Below are positions 39,001 to 49,383 of a stretch of 64,000 nt of DNA, one piece after another. The stretch covers positions 103,664,001-103,728,000 of the forward strand of contig OZ296652.1 in the NCBI GenBank assembly GCA_965655095.1, written 5' to 3'. The position numbers and the translations under genes were made by a program. Positions within the stretch are counted from its first letter, which is position 1, and the number at the start of each line of letters is the position of its first letter. Source of the DNA: Haplodiscus bocki (Eukaryota). The notes under the pieces are model-generated. The model was not told the DNA's origin and searched no databases. It saw only the letters and a list, made by a program, of their open reading frames with translations.

Positions 39001-41946
39001 AATCAGTTTTTTTGGGGTCTGAATCGTAACAGGCCGGAAATGCCAAAGCTGTTTTAAATATTTACTAATCTCGGTTTCCAAACCCACAAATCTCCAAAAC
39101 TATTAAGTTCAATTCCTCCATCAAGGCCCCAATCGACAATTCTCTACTTGAGGAGGATTTTTGAGTAAAAAAATTTTGGGTTTTGATCGAACCGCTTGAA
39201 TGCTGATGCTCCAAAAGGCCAAAAATGATATTAATTTTGATTTTTCCCGATATTCAAAATCATATTTCTCCGTTTTTTTGGCTTGACTTCTTCCATCAAA
39301 GTATTATTTGACAACTTCCTATATGTAGAAGGGTCTTCCAGTTGAAGTTGCTTGTTTTTTGCACAAGCAACAGAATTTTCGTGTAGGCCGAATGTGCCGG
39401 AAAGTGCAATTGTTGTTTTTTTTATCGATTTCCAAACTTATCTTTTTTTAAGCACTCGGCTTGAACTCTTCCAAGAAAGTTTCAATCGACAATTTCTTAT
39501 GTAGTCAAAGTTTCTGTGAAAATCATTGGTTTTATGTTTGATCAATCATTTTTACACCCTTTTGACGGAAAACCTCGCAGTGCGGCTCCGCCTCTTGTTT
39601 AACCTTCTTTGCAAATTTTCAAGGTCACAAGGGCTTACGATTGCCTGTTCCATCCACGTTTTTTCCTATTTCAGTATATGTGAAGACGGCAAACTTGATT
39701 GTAACGTTACTACATGTCAAGATGATATGGGCAAATACCGACAGGTTCGTAACGATAAATTTGAAGTTCTCCCTTGTTAGCTATTTTCAATAGTAATTAC
39801 AATCAACAAAGTGATGTATATATTCTTAATGGTCAGATTTGTCTTTCCAGCCTGGTGAGAAATGGGATGATCCTGAAGATTCTTGCAGGGAGAAAACGTG
39901 TGATGGAGATGGAAATATTGTGACAAATGATAAGGACAAACCTGATTTCTGTGAAGCCATCTATGAAGAATGCAAGGTACACTACACTTTCGTTCATCCT
40001 AAATTTAAATTCATCGAGGTACATTTTTTGTTATTGATTTATCCAGGAAAGATTGAAGCTACGCCAAAACTGTAGCAAAACTCCACATGCATTGTTTGTC
40101 CGTATTGATTAACAAAATTTTACCGTGGAAAAAAGTAAGAACGTGAGGGACGCTTGCGAACTGGAATCATTCTGTTTTGATTAATGGAAGCTGTGGTATA
40201 CTACTCTCTGACAACCAAAACCCTCGCAATACTCAAGTTTTCAGGATGTATACCCATGCTCAACTTTCTCTGCCTACTGTATAATAATCAATTGGCATGG
40301 CGGTATAAAATTGTTGAAGTTTTTAACTGCAAGATTCAATTCAATGTACGTCATTTGTCATGAATTGATGATACTTCCACAGAAAAGTTGCAAATTTGCT
40401 TTGTGGCGTGTTTAGAAAGAGGGCAAGCAAGTAAGCACAACTGCAGTGGACTCTGAGTCTTGCTGCTATGCCTGTGAAGAGAGGTGTGAGAAGGAAACCA
40501 CAACGGAAACCATCACATACAACAATGATCGTAAGCGTGCCTCTAATAACTTGTTCAGCCTTCTAATCATTTAGTTGATTACATGATTGTTGCAACATAC
40601 CATAGTTCTGCTAATTTTGTTGGTCCGAAAAAAACGATGTCTTGTAGTGTTTGCCAGAATCTTGCCAATTTCTAGGAATTTTGCTTTGTTCAAATCAATC
40701 TCTTTCAGAAAATTCTGCGAAAAGCAAGATTCTTCTACAGAATTATTTGAGAGTTAAATTTTATCCGCGCAAATAAAAACGTCACTTCGGATGAAGTAGT
40801 CATGTGAAACATACAATCGTGTGATAAAATACTCGGACTAAGCTAGAAAACATTCCATTTTTGGACCCGATATCTCAAATACTACGATAAGTATCTAAAC
40901 CAGCAAATAAAACAAAATATTATATTTCAGTTCATTATACGTAACTTTTGTTTGAAAATCGAGCCACCATTAGTTTGAAAGCCACAGATTGCCCTGTTAG
41001 CCATTTTTTGGAGTTTTGCAGCTCTTACAATTGTTGAACGGGCTAGAGGAGACATTTTTGATACAAATTGTACTCAAATAACACAAAAAGACCTCCTGAA
41101 GCCACCAATATGTTTCAATTCGAGAAAGCACTGAAATTTTGAAAGATGAAACAATTTGAATGCTGGGGAACTCCATTCTTCCTAAAAATTTAATTTTCTT
41201 ATAAATTTGATGATTACAAATATTGCAGCATTTAAATACGATCAAAAGATTATCGAATTCTAGAAGCAAAGTGGGAAGATGTGAAGAACGTATCCAGAAA
41301 AATCAACAAGTATGGGACATCAGTTCCAAAAATTCAAAGTTTAGAAGTTCCGTTACCAATTTCTACACTCATTGGCTCAACCCCTGGAAAGATTCTGACA
41401 TGCAAAAGTTGTTCAACTGATTTTTTACTTCATGGGCTTCTCAAACATCTTCAGATCATAACTACACTCTCGAAACGCAATTGAACTGTTTTTGATCACA
41501 ACTTGTCTGCTTGTCGATTCCAAATGTTATTTCTGCTTTTTAAAATTGGCATATAAATTGAACATAGTATGCAACTAAAAAAAAACAAGAATTGACAAAA
41601 AATAAGACAACAAACAATAAAAGACAATCTTATCAATTGTTGACGCGCTACGCTAACAAAACAATCATTTTTTGTAGAGGGTGTCGAGTGCGTGTCTACA
41701 AAGGAAGAAGTGATTGAGTACTGTAAGGGTAACTGCGGAGACTCCAGTGTAATGATGGATCTGTCTGGATTCACTGGTGGCCAGACCATGCCCAAATTGA
41801 CCACATGTAGATGTTGCCAAGGACAACTGGTAAACAAAGACGTCGAGTTCCAGTGTGCGAATGAAGAGAAGACCACTCTATCCTTGCCCATCCTAGCTAC
41901 TGATTGTTCATGCTCCGACTGTCCTGAAAAAGCAGTCCAAATTTAA
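20936..41946 (+). CDS. gel-forming mucin-like / vWF-family secreted protein, 3' portion (9 exons: 20936-21005, 22434-25956, 26079-26111, 26302-26487, 26770-27058, 39675-39744, 39851-39976, 40416-40530, 41678-41946)
   Basis: All exons have AG acceptors and the first eight have GT donors. Phases chain correctly to an open frame of ~1560 codons ending in TAA at 41946. Contains Cys-rich modules, a PTS repeat domain and a C-terminal cystine knot. No upstream exon was found in the window. Confidence 0.88.
22434..25956 (+). CDS. mucin large exon: VWC-like start plus PTS repeat domain
   Basis: TTACAG acceptor, then PGDRWDDPKDSCKEKQCDSNGNIV..., then (GVPTPSTP)n. The donor CCAG|GTTCGA gives the phase needed for the next exon. 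Confidence 0.85.
22548..25930 (+). repeat. 24-bp coding tandem repeat (GVPTPSTP), about 141 units
   Basis: Uninterrupted 24-nt period with no frame-breaking indels; variation is mostly at third codon positions. Confidence 0.98.
26079..26111 (+). CDS. mucin 33-bp micro-exon (APPYGNTPPTP)
   Basis: TTTTTTAG acceptor, GTTATT donor, phase 1-1, Pro/Thr-rich. Confidence 0.6.
26302..26487 (+). CDS. mucin exon (Thr-rich linker plus Cys-rich start)
   Basis: TTTTCAG acceptor, GTTTGT donor; GPITTTTPSEF...CDPALPCG...HGCCE. Confidence 0.82.
26770..27058 (+). CDS. mucin exon, TIL-like Cys-rich module
   Basis: CAENKTC...GCCCGADTVYDEVTKSCVKPDNCGCVY...HDCV. Donor TG|GTAAGT completes a Cys codon with the exon at 39675. 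Confidence 0.85.
27340..28310. repeat. degenerate ~450-bp-period repeat (GGAAAATCA..ACTCAACGCG..CGTTTTT..TTACTTGCCAAT core), also present at ~2850-2910
   Basis: Core motif at ~27360, ~27830 and weakly at ~28245; a dispersed copy lies upstream of the LTR element. Confidence 0.55.
28750..31960 (-). mobile_element. highly decayed Gypsy pol (RNase H-integrase) remnant in mucin intron
   Basis: Integrase Zn-binding-region-like fragments LISFHFG...IFWWPVLWKDMGKKS..CMRAG at ~29900-30060; many stops. Confidence 0.55.
32180..32985. repeat. degenerate ~120-bp AT-rich minisatellite (GTTCCTCTGGACACGTAAAATGCA..TTGACAA core), ~7 units
   Basis: Core recurs at ~32188, 32323, 32441, 32558, 32670, 32808 and 32938; a lone copy lies at ~37575. 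Confidence 0.7.
34400..39500. mobile_element. patchwork of decayed retroelement fragments
   Basis: RNase H-like VDCLLPFD on + at ~34610; gag/pol-like pieces on - at 35350-36950; ~35540-35640 resembles ~39205-39310. Confidence 0.35.
39675..39744 (+). CDS. mucin exon (ICEDGKLDCNVTTCQDDMGKYRQ)
   Basis: TTTCAG acceptor, GTTCGT donor; paralogous to the exon at 20936. Confidence 0.87.
39851..39976 (+). CDS. mucin exon, VWC-like (PGEKWDDPEDSCREKTCDGDGNIV)
   Basis: TTTCCAG acceptor, GTACAC donor; paralogous to the start of exon 22434. Confidence 0.87.
40416..40530 (+). CDS. mucin exon (KEGKQVSTTAVDSESCCYACEERCEKETTTETITYNND)
   Basis: TTTAG acceptor, GTAAGC donor; CCxxC end of a VWC-like module and first Cys of the knot. 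Confidence 0.83.
41678..41946 (+). CDS. mucin last exon, C-terminal cystine knot (CTCK)
   Basis: CVS...YCKGNC...CRCC...QC...CSCSDC*. Together with the previous exon this gives the 11 Cys typical of vWF/mucin CTCK. Confidence 0.9.
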
Positions 41947-42249
41947 TTAGACGTTGCACTCATACAAGTTATACTGAACAATGGAAAGAAAGATGCCATC
42001 AAAGAAAGGACATCAATCGAAATGGAATTGAGACAAACAAAACACTCACTAAGAGATTGGGGTGGGGATTCAATAATTGGTAGTGGGAGTGGAATATAAG
42101 TCAAGTTTATGCACAATTTAAATTCTAGATCTAAAAAATATTCTCGCTATATCTTCAGAAGAAACTTTCCAAACAGAGTATGACTCCAAATACCCATAGA
42201 AGTTGATTTTGATATTTTAAAAAATGTTTTTTGGTGCGCCTTTTGGTGT

Positions 42250-43460
42250 AAAATGTAAAAAATGCATAGCTAATGCTGGGTTTCGAACCCGGTACCTGTC
42301 GATTTGGTTGATTGTTAGATTTTTAGTATATTTTTTGGTATAAAGTGTAAAAAGATACAATCTATAAGGGGGTTTGAGCTGTAAACCTGTAATTTCCGAG
42401 CCTTTTACCTTACCCATTGAGCCATAGGATAGATTTGAAACTGATTTCGATAAAATTGTACCTTGGCATAATTTTTGGCGAAAATTATAAGAAAACATAG
42501 CCTATGATAGAATTCAAACCCACCAGTGTTGATTCGGTAGATTTTATCAGGGGATATGGTATCAAAGAAAGATTTTGAACCGAATATCCAAAATATTTCA
42601 AAAATACGAAGATTTTTGTTACAGTTCCTGGTATAAAAAGTATAAATTTTTGGAGTAGAATGTAAGAAAACATAGTTTATCTGGGATCCGATTCCGCGAC
42701 TTGTCGAAATGCTAGATTTTATAAGACGGGAGGCTCGAAAACAGGCAGATTTTTGGTGTAGTATCTTGTGTAAAATATGAAAATATGAAAGATCTTTGTC
42801 ACAAAATGTTTAAAAAACTTAGCTTATGCTGCGGCTCGAACTCGCTACTTGTCGATTCGCTACATTCTAAGAGTGGGGTGTCTCTAAAACATGTTAATAT
42901 TTTGGTATAGTTTCTGGTGTAATACAGAACAAATTCTTCGGTATAAAATGTTAGAAAGCATAAATTAGTCTGGGCTAGAACACGCTACATGTCACTTCGC
43001 TAGATTATATAAGGGCGGTATCACGAAAAAATGTTGGGTCGAAGGTCCAATTTTTCAACACAAAGAAATTGGTTCTTTGTGTAGTTTCCGGTACAAAATA
43101 AAAAAACTGGGTGTATAAACTGTAAGAGCGCATTGTAAATGCACGGATTCGAACGCGATGCTTGTGGATTCTCTGGATTAATCAGTGGGGTAAATAAAGG
43201 AGTATTGAACCGAAACAGAAGTTTCTTTCGATTTAAAATTTAAAAAATCCTTAAGCTGGGATTCCCAGCCGCTCTTGTTGATTCGCTAGATTCTATAGGA
43301 AGGGTGTCGGGAAAATGAAAATAGGCATTTTCTGAAGGACTCTCGGTAAGCAAAATGAGAAATAGTTTGGTAATTTTGTTAAAAGTTATGCAGCTAACGC
43401 TGAGATTCGAATGTGCTCAGTTTCGATGCGGTAGCCTATACAAGCGGGACGCCACGAAAA
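42250..43460 (-). repeat. degenerate tandem array (~115-175 bp period, 8-9 units) with a tRNA T-arm/B-box-like motif
   Basis: Core GCTGGGATTCGAAC.CGCTACTTGTCGATTCGCTAGATT at ~42275, 42507, 42680, 42828, 42969, 43141, 43255 and 43398. The reverse complement reads GTTCGAATCCCAGC. Confidence 0.65.
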
Positions 43461-43700
43461 AAATTGTCCAGAAGTCTTATTTTTGACAGTAGGTAAAGTT
43501 TCGTCGTCTTTTCAATTTTTGAAGGAAAAGTCAGGTTTTTTGCATCAAACTTCAAAAACTACCATCCGTGTTATTCACAGGACGCACTTAAAGCCAGTAG
43601 TTGAACGTGACTCAGATGATTTCAATCTTATTCGAACCCAATGAAGGAAGAAACAGTGTTCACGGCTAACACAAAGAGAATTATTTTGAGTTTTTCAATC

Positions 43701-45235
43701 TGTCGCAGTATATCCGCGAAGCCTACGAGCACCAAGAAAGAAAAGGACATCACCGGATTGTCTGAAATTTGGAAGAAACTGTATCGAAACTTTGGATTTT
43801 TCTATTTCCATTTTTATTATAATGTTGCAATCATATTTTAACGCCTTTAGATGTAGTTGATACGTATCAAATACGTATCACTCCCCAGTAAATGTTCATG
43901 TAAATTGTACGTATTGTATACGTCGCACTCCCGTGTACTAATCCAGATTGGGACGGAACTGTTACGGAACGGACATGTATCTACCTGGTAGCTACACTAG
44001 TAAATATTTGTTCCGTACGCCTTCCGTCGCTACCAATCTGGTGACGTCACAAAAATTTCAACCAATCCGCTGTGCTATTATGCTGTGTCAATTGGGACAA
44101 ACACAGACCGGTTACGTAGCCACCTAAATCATTATTCTCAGTAGCACTGCGGCGAGCAGTGCTACATGCGGCTACGTAGTCGTTCCGCAACGCTTTGGCC
44201 AAAATGAAGAACTGGCCCGTATTAACGAGGAATGGACTAGAAAATAGGCTAGTTTTGTTCCAAAAGTGGATTTAATCGATGCAATAGTATTTCGAAGCAT
44301 GTAATTATGATTTTCTATGATTATTTTAGTGTATTTTACCTAATTTTAGTGCATTTTTTATTAGTTTCCTCGTATGGAAAATCTTTGATCATTTGTTTAT
44401 GTTAATACTTATTGTGCCGGCGCCGGAAAAAGCACTTTGATGTCAATTACCGACTGATCAGACCCGTATATTTTCCGTCGAAAAATGGAAAAGGCGCGGT
44501 GTGTAAAAGAAGAAATGGACGGAAAGATGTTTATTTCCCACCAGAGTTGGCACATTTCCTATGTATTTATTATGATTAAAGTACTTTTCCCTACTTTGTA
44601 CTTTTACTTGGCGTGTAAACAAATATGTTTCCCGCCAAGTGAAAGGTATAAATAGGAGAAATGAAAGTACTGAGGAGAAATTCTTAATATCACTTTGATT
44701 ATCAGTCGACTGTACTGATTGCGACTAGTTGGTTATTCTAAAGAATAACATTTTTTGTTATAGTCTCAAGTTGATTAACAAATAAGAACTAATTCAGTCT
44801 TCATAACTGCGTAGCAATTTCCCTTCAAAAAGATGGCAACAATGAGAAACAAACGAAAGTTGGCAGACGTTACCAGAAAAACACAAGAGGAACATCCTAG
44901 GAACGGCCAGTCACGGCACACGTCCGTTCCTAGAACTAACGAGGAATATATCACACAAGTTTCCGAGGAGATTGAAGGCAGAGTCTGTAAAAAACTGTCC
45001 CAGGAGTTCAGCAGGACAGAGTCCCGCATTTTGTGTGCTCTGTCTAAGTTAGACGAATTTCTCTTGAACCCACAGATACGGACGCACTCCGGAACCGTTC
45101 CGGGAACATTCCGAAACACAAACGTGGAAAACCAGGGAACGAATGAGGACGGCTCCCAGAGTGATCCTCATTCTGAAGCAGGCATCTTCGGCAGCCAGAC
45201 TACACCAAACTCTGGCCCAGAATTTGGCCCTGACA
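43701..45235 (+). mobile_element. solo LTR related to the 3092 element (1535 bp)
   Basis: TGTC...GACA termini, 5-bp TSD CAATC (43696-43700 and 45236-45240); similar to 3092-4831. Confidence 0.9.
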
Positions 45236-45252
45236 CAATCAGAAAACCATAA
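44833..45252 (+). CDS. intact gag N-terminal fragment (139 aa) encoded by the solo LTR
   Basis: MATMRNKRKLADVTRKTQEEH...EYITQVSEEIEGRV..LSQEFSRTESRIL, homologous to gag at 4432. The stop is supplied by flanking DNA; expression is unknown. Confidence 0.5.
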   Translation: MATMRNKRKLADVTRKTQEEHPRNGQSRHTSVPRTNEEYITQVSEEIEGRVCKKLSQEFSRTESRILCALSKLDEFLLNPQIRTHSGTVPGTFRNTNVENQGTNEDGSQSDPHSEAGIFGSQTTPNSGPEFGPDTIRKP

Positions 45253-48200
45253 TTATCACAATTTCTTAGAAATGAGGCATTGCTGCAACACAGCAATTGC
45301 ACCGAACCGCCAACAGTTGAATTAACCTTAAACGGATGAAATGCAGCCAAAACTCATTGAAGAAATTAATTTTGACGAGCGAAGAAAGCCAAACTGTTTT
45401 ATTTTTTATCAACTAGAAGTCTGGTGTCTTGGAAGAGTGATTTCAAAAAAGATCTCCATGCAACTCAACAAACGGTCTGAGTAACCAGTAAATGAAAGTA
45501 CGCAAAAAGGACGCTATTCGACAGTTTGTCACTAACAAAGGCAGTTTTACCGAATGCGCAAGCAAAAACAATTTGGATTCTTACATTTTACGAACGAAAG
45601 CTGCAGAATGTGTATTAGAATGAGTAAGGAAAATTTTTCTTTTGCTCAAAACAGGCATTCTTTCATGTCAGCAGAAAATCTAGTGGTATGGTGTATATGG
45701 TCAAAGGTGATTTTCTTTGAAACATTTGGCAGACTTTTTCTGATTGGGTTCTGAATCGTATACGTCTCTTGGAGTTTAGGTTGTAAAAAGCACTGCTGAA
45801 AAAAGCAGGAAGGACGTTTCAATTTTTTGACTGCGATGACTGGGAGACAGTGAGGTCTGTTTAAATTTTATCTAATGTATGACCAATTGACCACAAAATT
45901 ATTCCAATCGAGTCACTTTTCACCTCTCAGAAGTATAATTACAACCAAAAATTGAAGCACAACTAATCTAAACTCACTGAAATCGAAAACTCAATTTCTG
46001 TGACTAAATATTTTTAGGTTTCTTAAGAACTCGGAAAAAGTCTGAATCTGTACATCTTCACCAAAGAAGAATCGTTATCATAGACTTCAGAGAAATTTTC
46101 TCATTGGTAAGATGTGCAGCTGTCAACGAAATTTTTCTGATTAAAAGTTGGAAGCCTTTTTGAAGGAAAGCAAAGTGTGGAATAGAAATGCTTGCAAGTA
46201 ATTTTGATCTAGAAAGAGGGAAAAAAGCTGCATCTTTTCGACAACTTGATGAGCCAAATTTTTTTATGGTTGTGACTTCTGGGGTGAAGACGAAATCAAG
46301 CAACTTATTAAGACGCATAATGCGAGTTTAGAAAGATGATCCTAATGCAATGCTTTACGGTGAGTTCAAACGACTTGACATATAATATATACACATTGAC
46401 AGCGAATGGCGCCCTTTGGGAAACAACATGCGAAGGAATACCAGAACTTGTCCTAGACTGTGAATCGTTTGATGAAGCGAATAAACATTAATTGTAGTCT
46501 GCTTCTAGGTGTAAAAATATCATGGTAAATTGTTGAATGCCGATGATAGGTACATGCATGGTTTCTGTAGGTGACCAGTTTACCGCTTTGTTGAAAGCTG
46601 CTTCAAAGACCTTGAATTTCAATCATGGCAAACGATAGTGGGTACCAGGTTGATTTACGATTGTTATCAACATTATAAACCTCAATTTGGACAGTGAAAT
46701 TTTTTTAAGAAGTCTGAAAGGAACAGAGAGGAGCAAAAAAAGCACAGTTCAGGTATGCGTTGTTGGCAGCTCCTACAGTGGAAGAAAAATGATGAGATTT
46801 CGAACTGCTGAGTGCTTTTTCTGGTAGAAACTATGACAGGCAGATGGAAATCATAAAACAACAGTTTGTGAAAATTTTGAGGTCAGCGGTAAAACAACTT
46901 ACCGGAGTACTACAAAGGTATCCAAAGTTAATTAAAATACATCGGCTGATGACAACTACAAGTGGTCCATTATTAGAAAACTTTCTATTCTGTACAATTT
47001 ATTATGCAGGAAAAGTACTCTTTATACCCATGGAACTTTTAAGTTTTGCAATTTTTCTCTCTTCACCTTCGGGCAAAAATGGGATTTCAATTTTTTCCCT
47101 GAACAGATACTTTCTTGGGTAAAGCAATTCTCGTGGAGTTAACAGCTTACGGGTTCAAACCCCACACAGAACAAAAGCAATTTATGCAAACATTGAGAAG
47201 TTGTAGACCCTGGTGGAAAAAAGGACACATTGATTGCAACACAAATCCTTGGCTTGCTTTGCCTAAGAGAAAAATTTAAACAACTGTTAATTTTGGGATG
47301 TCATGGTGGTTCTCTCATATAATTATGACTCAGAAACCGGCTTAAGGTGGCGTTTTAGAGTTTCTTCTAAGTCAAATCCAAAACTTTCCAGAAACAGGCT
47401 TTCTTGTTTAGATTCAACTCAACTCTATTTGTTACGGTGACTCTTTTACTAAAGATTTCAAGTATTATTCTCAATCTGCTTCGTTGTTATAAGCTAAAAA
47501 CAAAAAACAATAATCCATTTTTTTAGCCGAAAAAGCGTCAATTCAAAACATTTTGGCGATTCTGCCGTTTGCAGTATGATTAAGGACCGTTTTCCACAGT
47601 TTTTTTAACCTTTTTTTGGTTTATTTGCTAATTGGTTGTGTGCATTCAGTGATTGCTTCATTCAATTCTTCTTCCACCGCTGAAGGAACGAAGAATGGCT
47701 GGCTTGATATGCTGGCTTCAACTCTCTTATTCCTTTTGCGGTAGTTTCTTTCCCGGCTGCTAACGATGTAGCTATGTAGTCTTCTTGTTACCCAATTTAG
47801 AATTAGCCATTTTCACTTCCCCTTAGTTTTCTATTGGTAACGATGGGTCTCGTAGCTGCATTTTCACAAAAAAGCAGAAACTCTGAAGTTTAGTTTTTGT
47901 GTTATCTGCGACTCTTCTCTGTCCTTACTCTGTGTCCACTTCCTGCCAGTACCTTTTGCAGTTCACTATCTTTTCTACTGATGCATGTGTCGCGTTATAG
48001 CTAACGCTTAAACAGATATATTATATTTCTTAAATGCGTGCAGTAAGCTATTAAACAGGAAATGAATAGTGTTTAACAAGAGAACTGCAGTTGGTATTGA
48101 CTAACCTGGAGGTTGCTGGTGTTGGTAAGTGCAGTATAAAAGAAAGCTGAAGGATTGGAATTGCACAAAGAGAAGGAAAAGCAAAATTTCTAATAGCGTG

Positions 48201-48519
48201 GAAAAGTGGTTCAACGCTATTGGCTCAACGACTAATCACGAAGGTGTCGTCATAACTTCGGTTCATAGCTGGCACGAGAAAGCGGCTTGGCCATTTTTGA
48301 TTTACTCGCTTACCGGCCGGCAGCCATATTCCTTTCCCTTATTTCACTTCCTTTCCCTTACGCCTCGCTTTCCTTTCCTTCTTGCTTGGCTAGAATTATC
48401 CTGGATTCTCTCCTCTCTTTCTGCGGACGAAATTATTCTAAGACAATTCTAGTTGTCCTGCTTACAAATTTCGCCACTTACAGACCCAACCGTCCAGCTC
48501 TCCACTTCTTGCAAAATGA

Positions 48520-48600
48520 TCTGATTGGCTCTCACTTAAACGGCGGCCATCTTGAAAATTCAAGTATAAATAAGCGGCGCACAGCCATAGCATTCATTCC
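48520..48600 (+). promoter_or_regulatory. core promoter copy 1 (inverted CCAAT, YY1-like GGCCATCTT, TATAAATA, Inr TCATT)
   Basis: TATA at 48565, Inr A at 48596 (31 nt spacing). Confidence 0.65.
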
Positions 48601-48889
48601 GCTTTCGAGCCTATTTCCACGAGGCGAAACTCTCTTTCTCTTCCCTCTTATCATATTTTTGGAGTTAAATCTTAACTCCGAAATTATTCTAAGACAACTT
48701 CAAAACCTGTCTCAGCCAAAATTCCTTATCGCCTCAACGAAATTATTCTAAGACATCTTCAGAACTTGTCTTAGCCAGATTTTCTTATCGCCTCAACGGA
48801 ATTATTCTAAGACAAGTTCAAAACTTGTCTTAGCCAAATATTCTGCTCTACAGAGCCAACCGTCCCGCTCTCCACTTCTCACCAAATGA

Positions 48890-48970
48890 TCCTATTGGCT
48901 CTCGCTCAACCGGCGGCCATCTTGAATTATCGAATATAAATAACCAGCGCACAGCCAGAGTATTCATTCG
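48890..48970 (+). promoter_or_regulatory. core promoter copy 2 (same architecture)
   Basis: TATA at 48935, Inr A at 48966; 370 bp downstream of copy 1. Confidence 0.65.
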
Positions 48971-49212
48971 CTTTCTAGCCTACTTCCCCGAGGCGAACCT
49001 CTCTTCCACTTCCCTCCCATCAATATTCTGGAAATATTCAAAGACTTTTCACCAACAACCCGAAAATATTCAAAGACTTTTCACCAACAACCCGAAAATA
49101 TTCAAAGACTTTTCATCAACAACCCAAAATTATTCAAAGACTTTTTCGCCTACAAATTTGTCTTAGTCGCAAATCTCAACTATATCCCGGAATTATTCAA
49201 AGACTTTTTTGG

Positions 49213-49383
49213 GCAGCAATCAACAGCAGCAATCAACAGCAGCAACCAACAGCAGCAATCAACAGCAGCAATCAACAGCAGCAATCAGCAGCAGCAATCA
49301 ACAGCAGCAATCAACAGCAGCAATCAACAGCAGCAATCAACTGCAGCAATCAACAGCAGCAATCAACAGCAGCAACCAGCAGT
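49213..49383. repeat. 13-bp minisatellite (CAACAGCAGCAAT)n, ~13 copies
   Basis: Directly visible near-perfect tandem repeat. Confidence 0.95.

Noticed and set aside
42270-43450. tRNA gene cluster
   Set aside because: Only T-arm-like motifs are visible; no D-arm, anticodon stem or full cloverleaf could be drawn.
45300-47300. Possible plus-strand pol remnant
   Set aside because: Too degraded to identify any diagnostic motif with confidence.
48680-49210. CRISPR-like regularly spaced repeats
   Set aside because: The units are plain tandem duplicates without unique spacers, there are no cas genes, and the context is eukaryotic.
49213-49383. Apparent polyglutamine (CAG/CAA) coding tract
   Set aside because: The unit is 13 bp, so the frame shifts every repeat, and there is no enclosing ORF.
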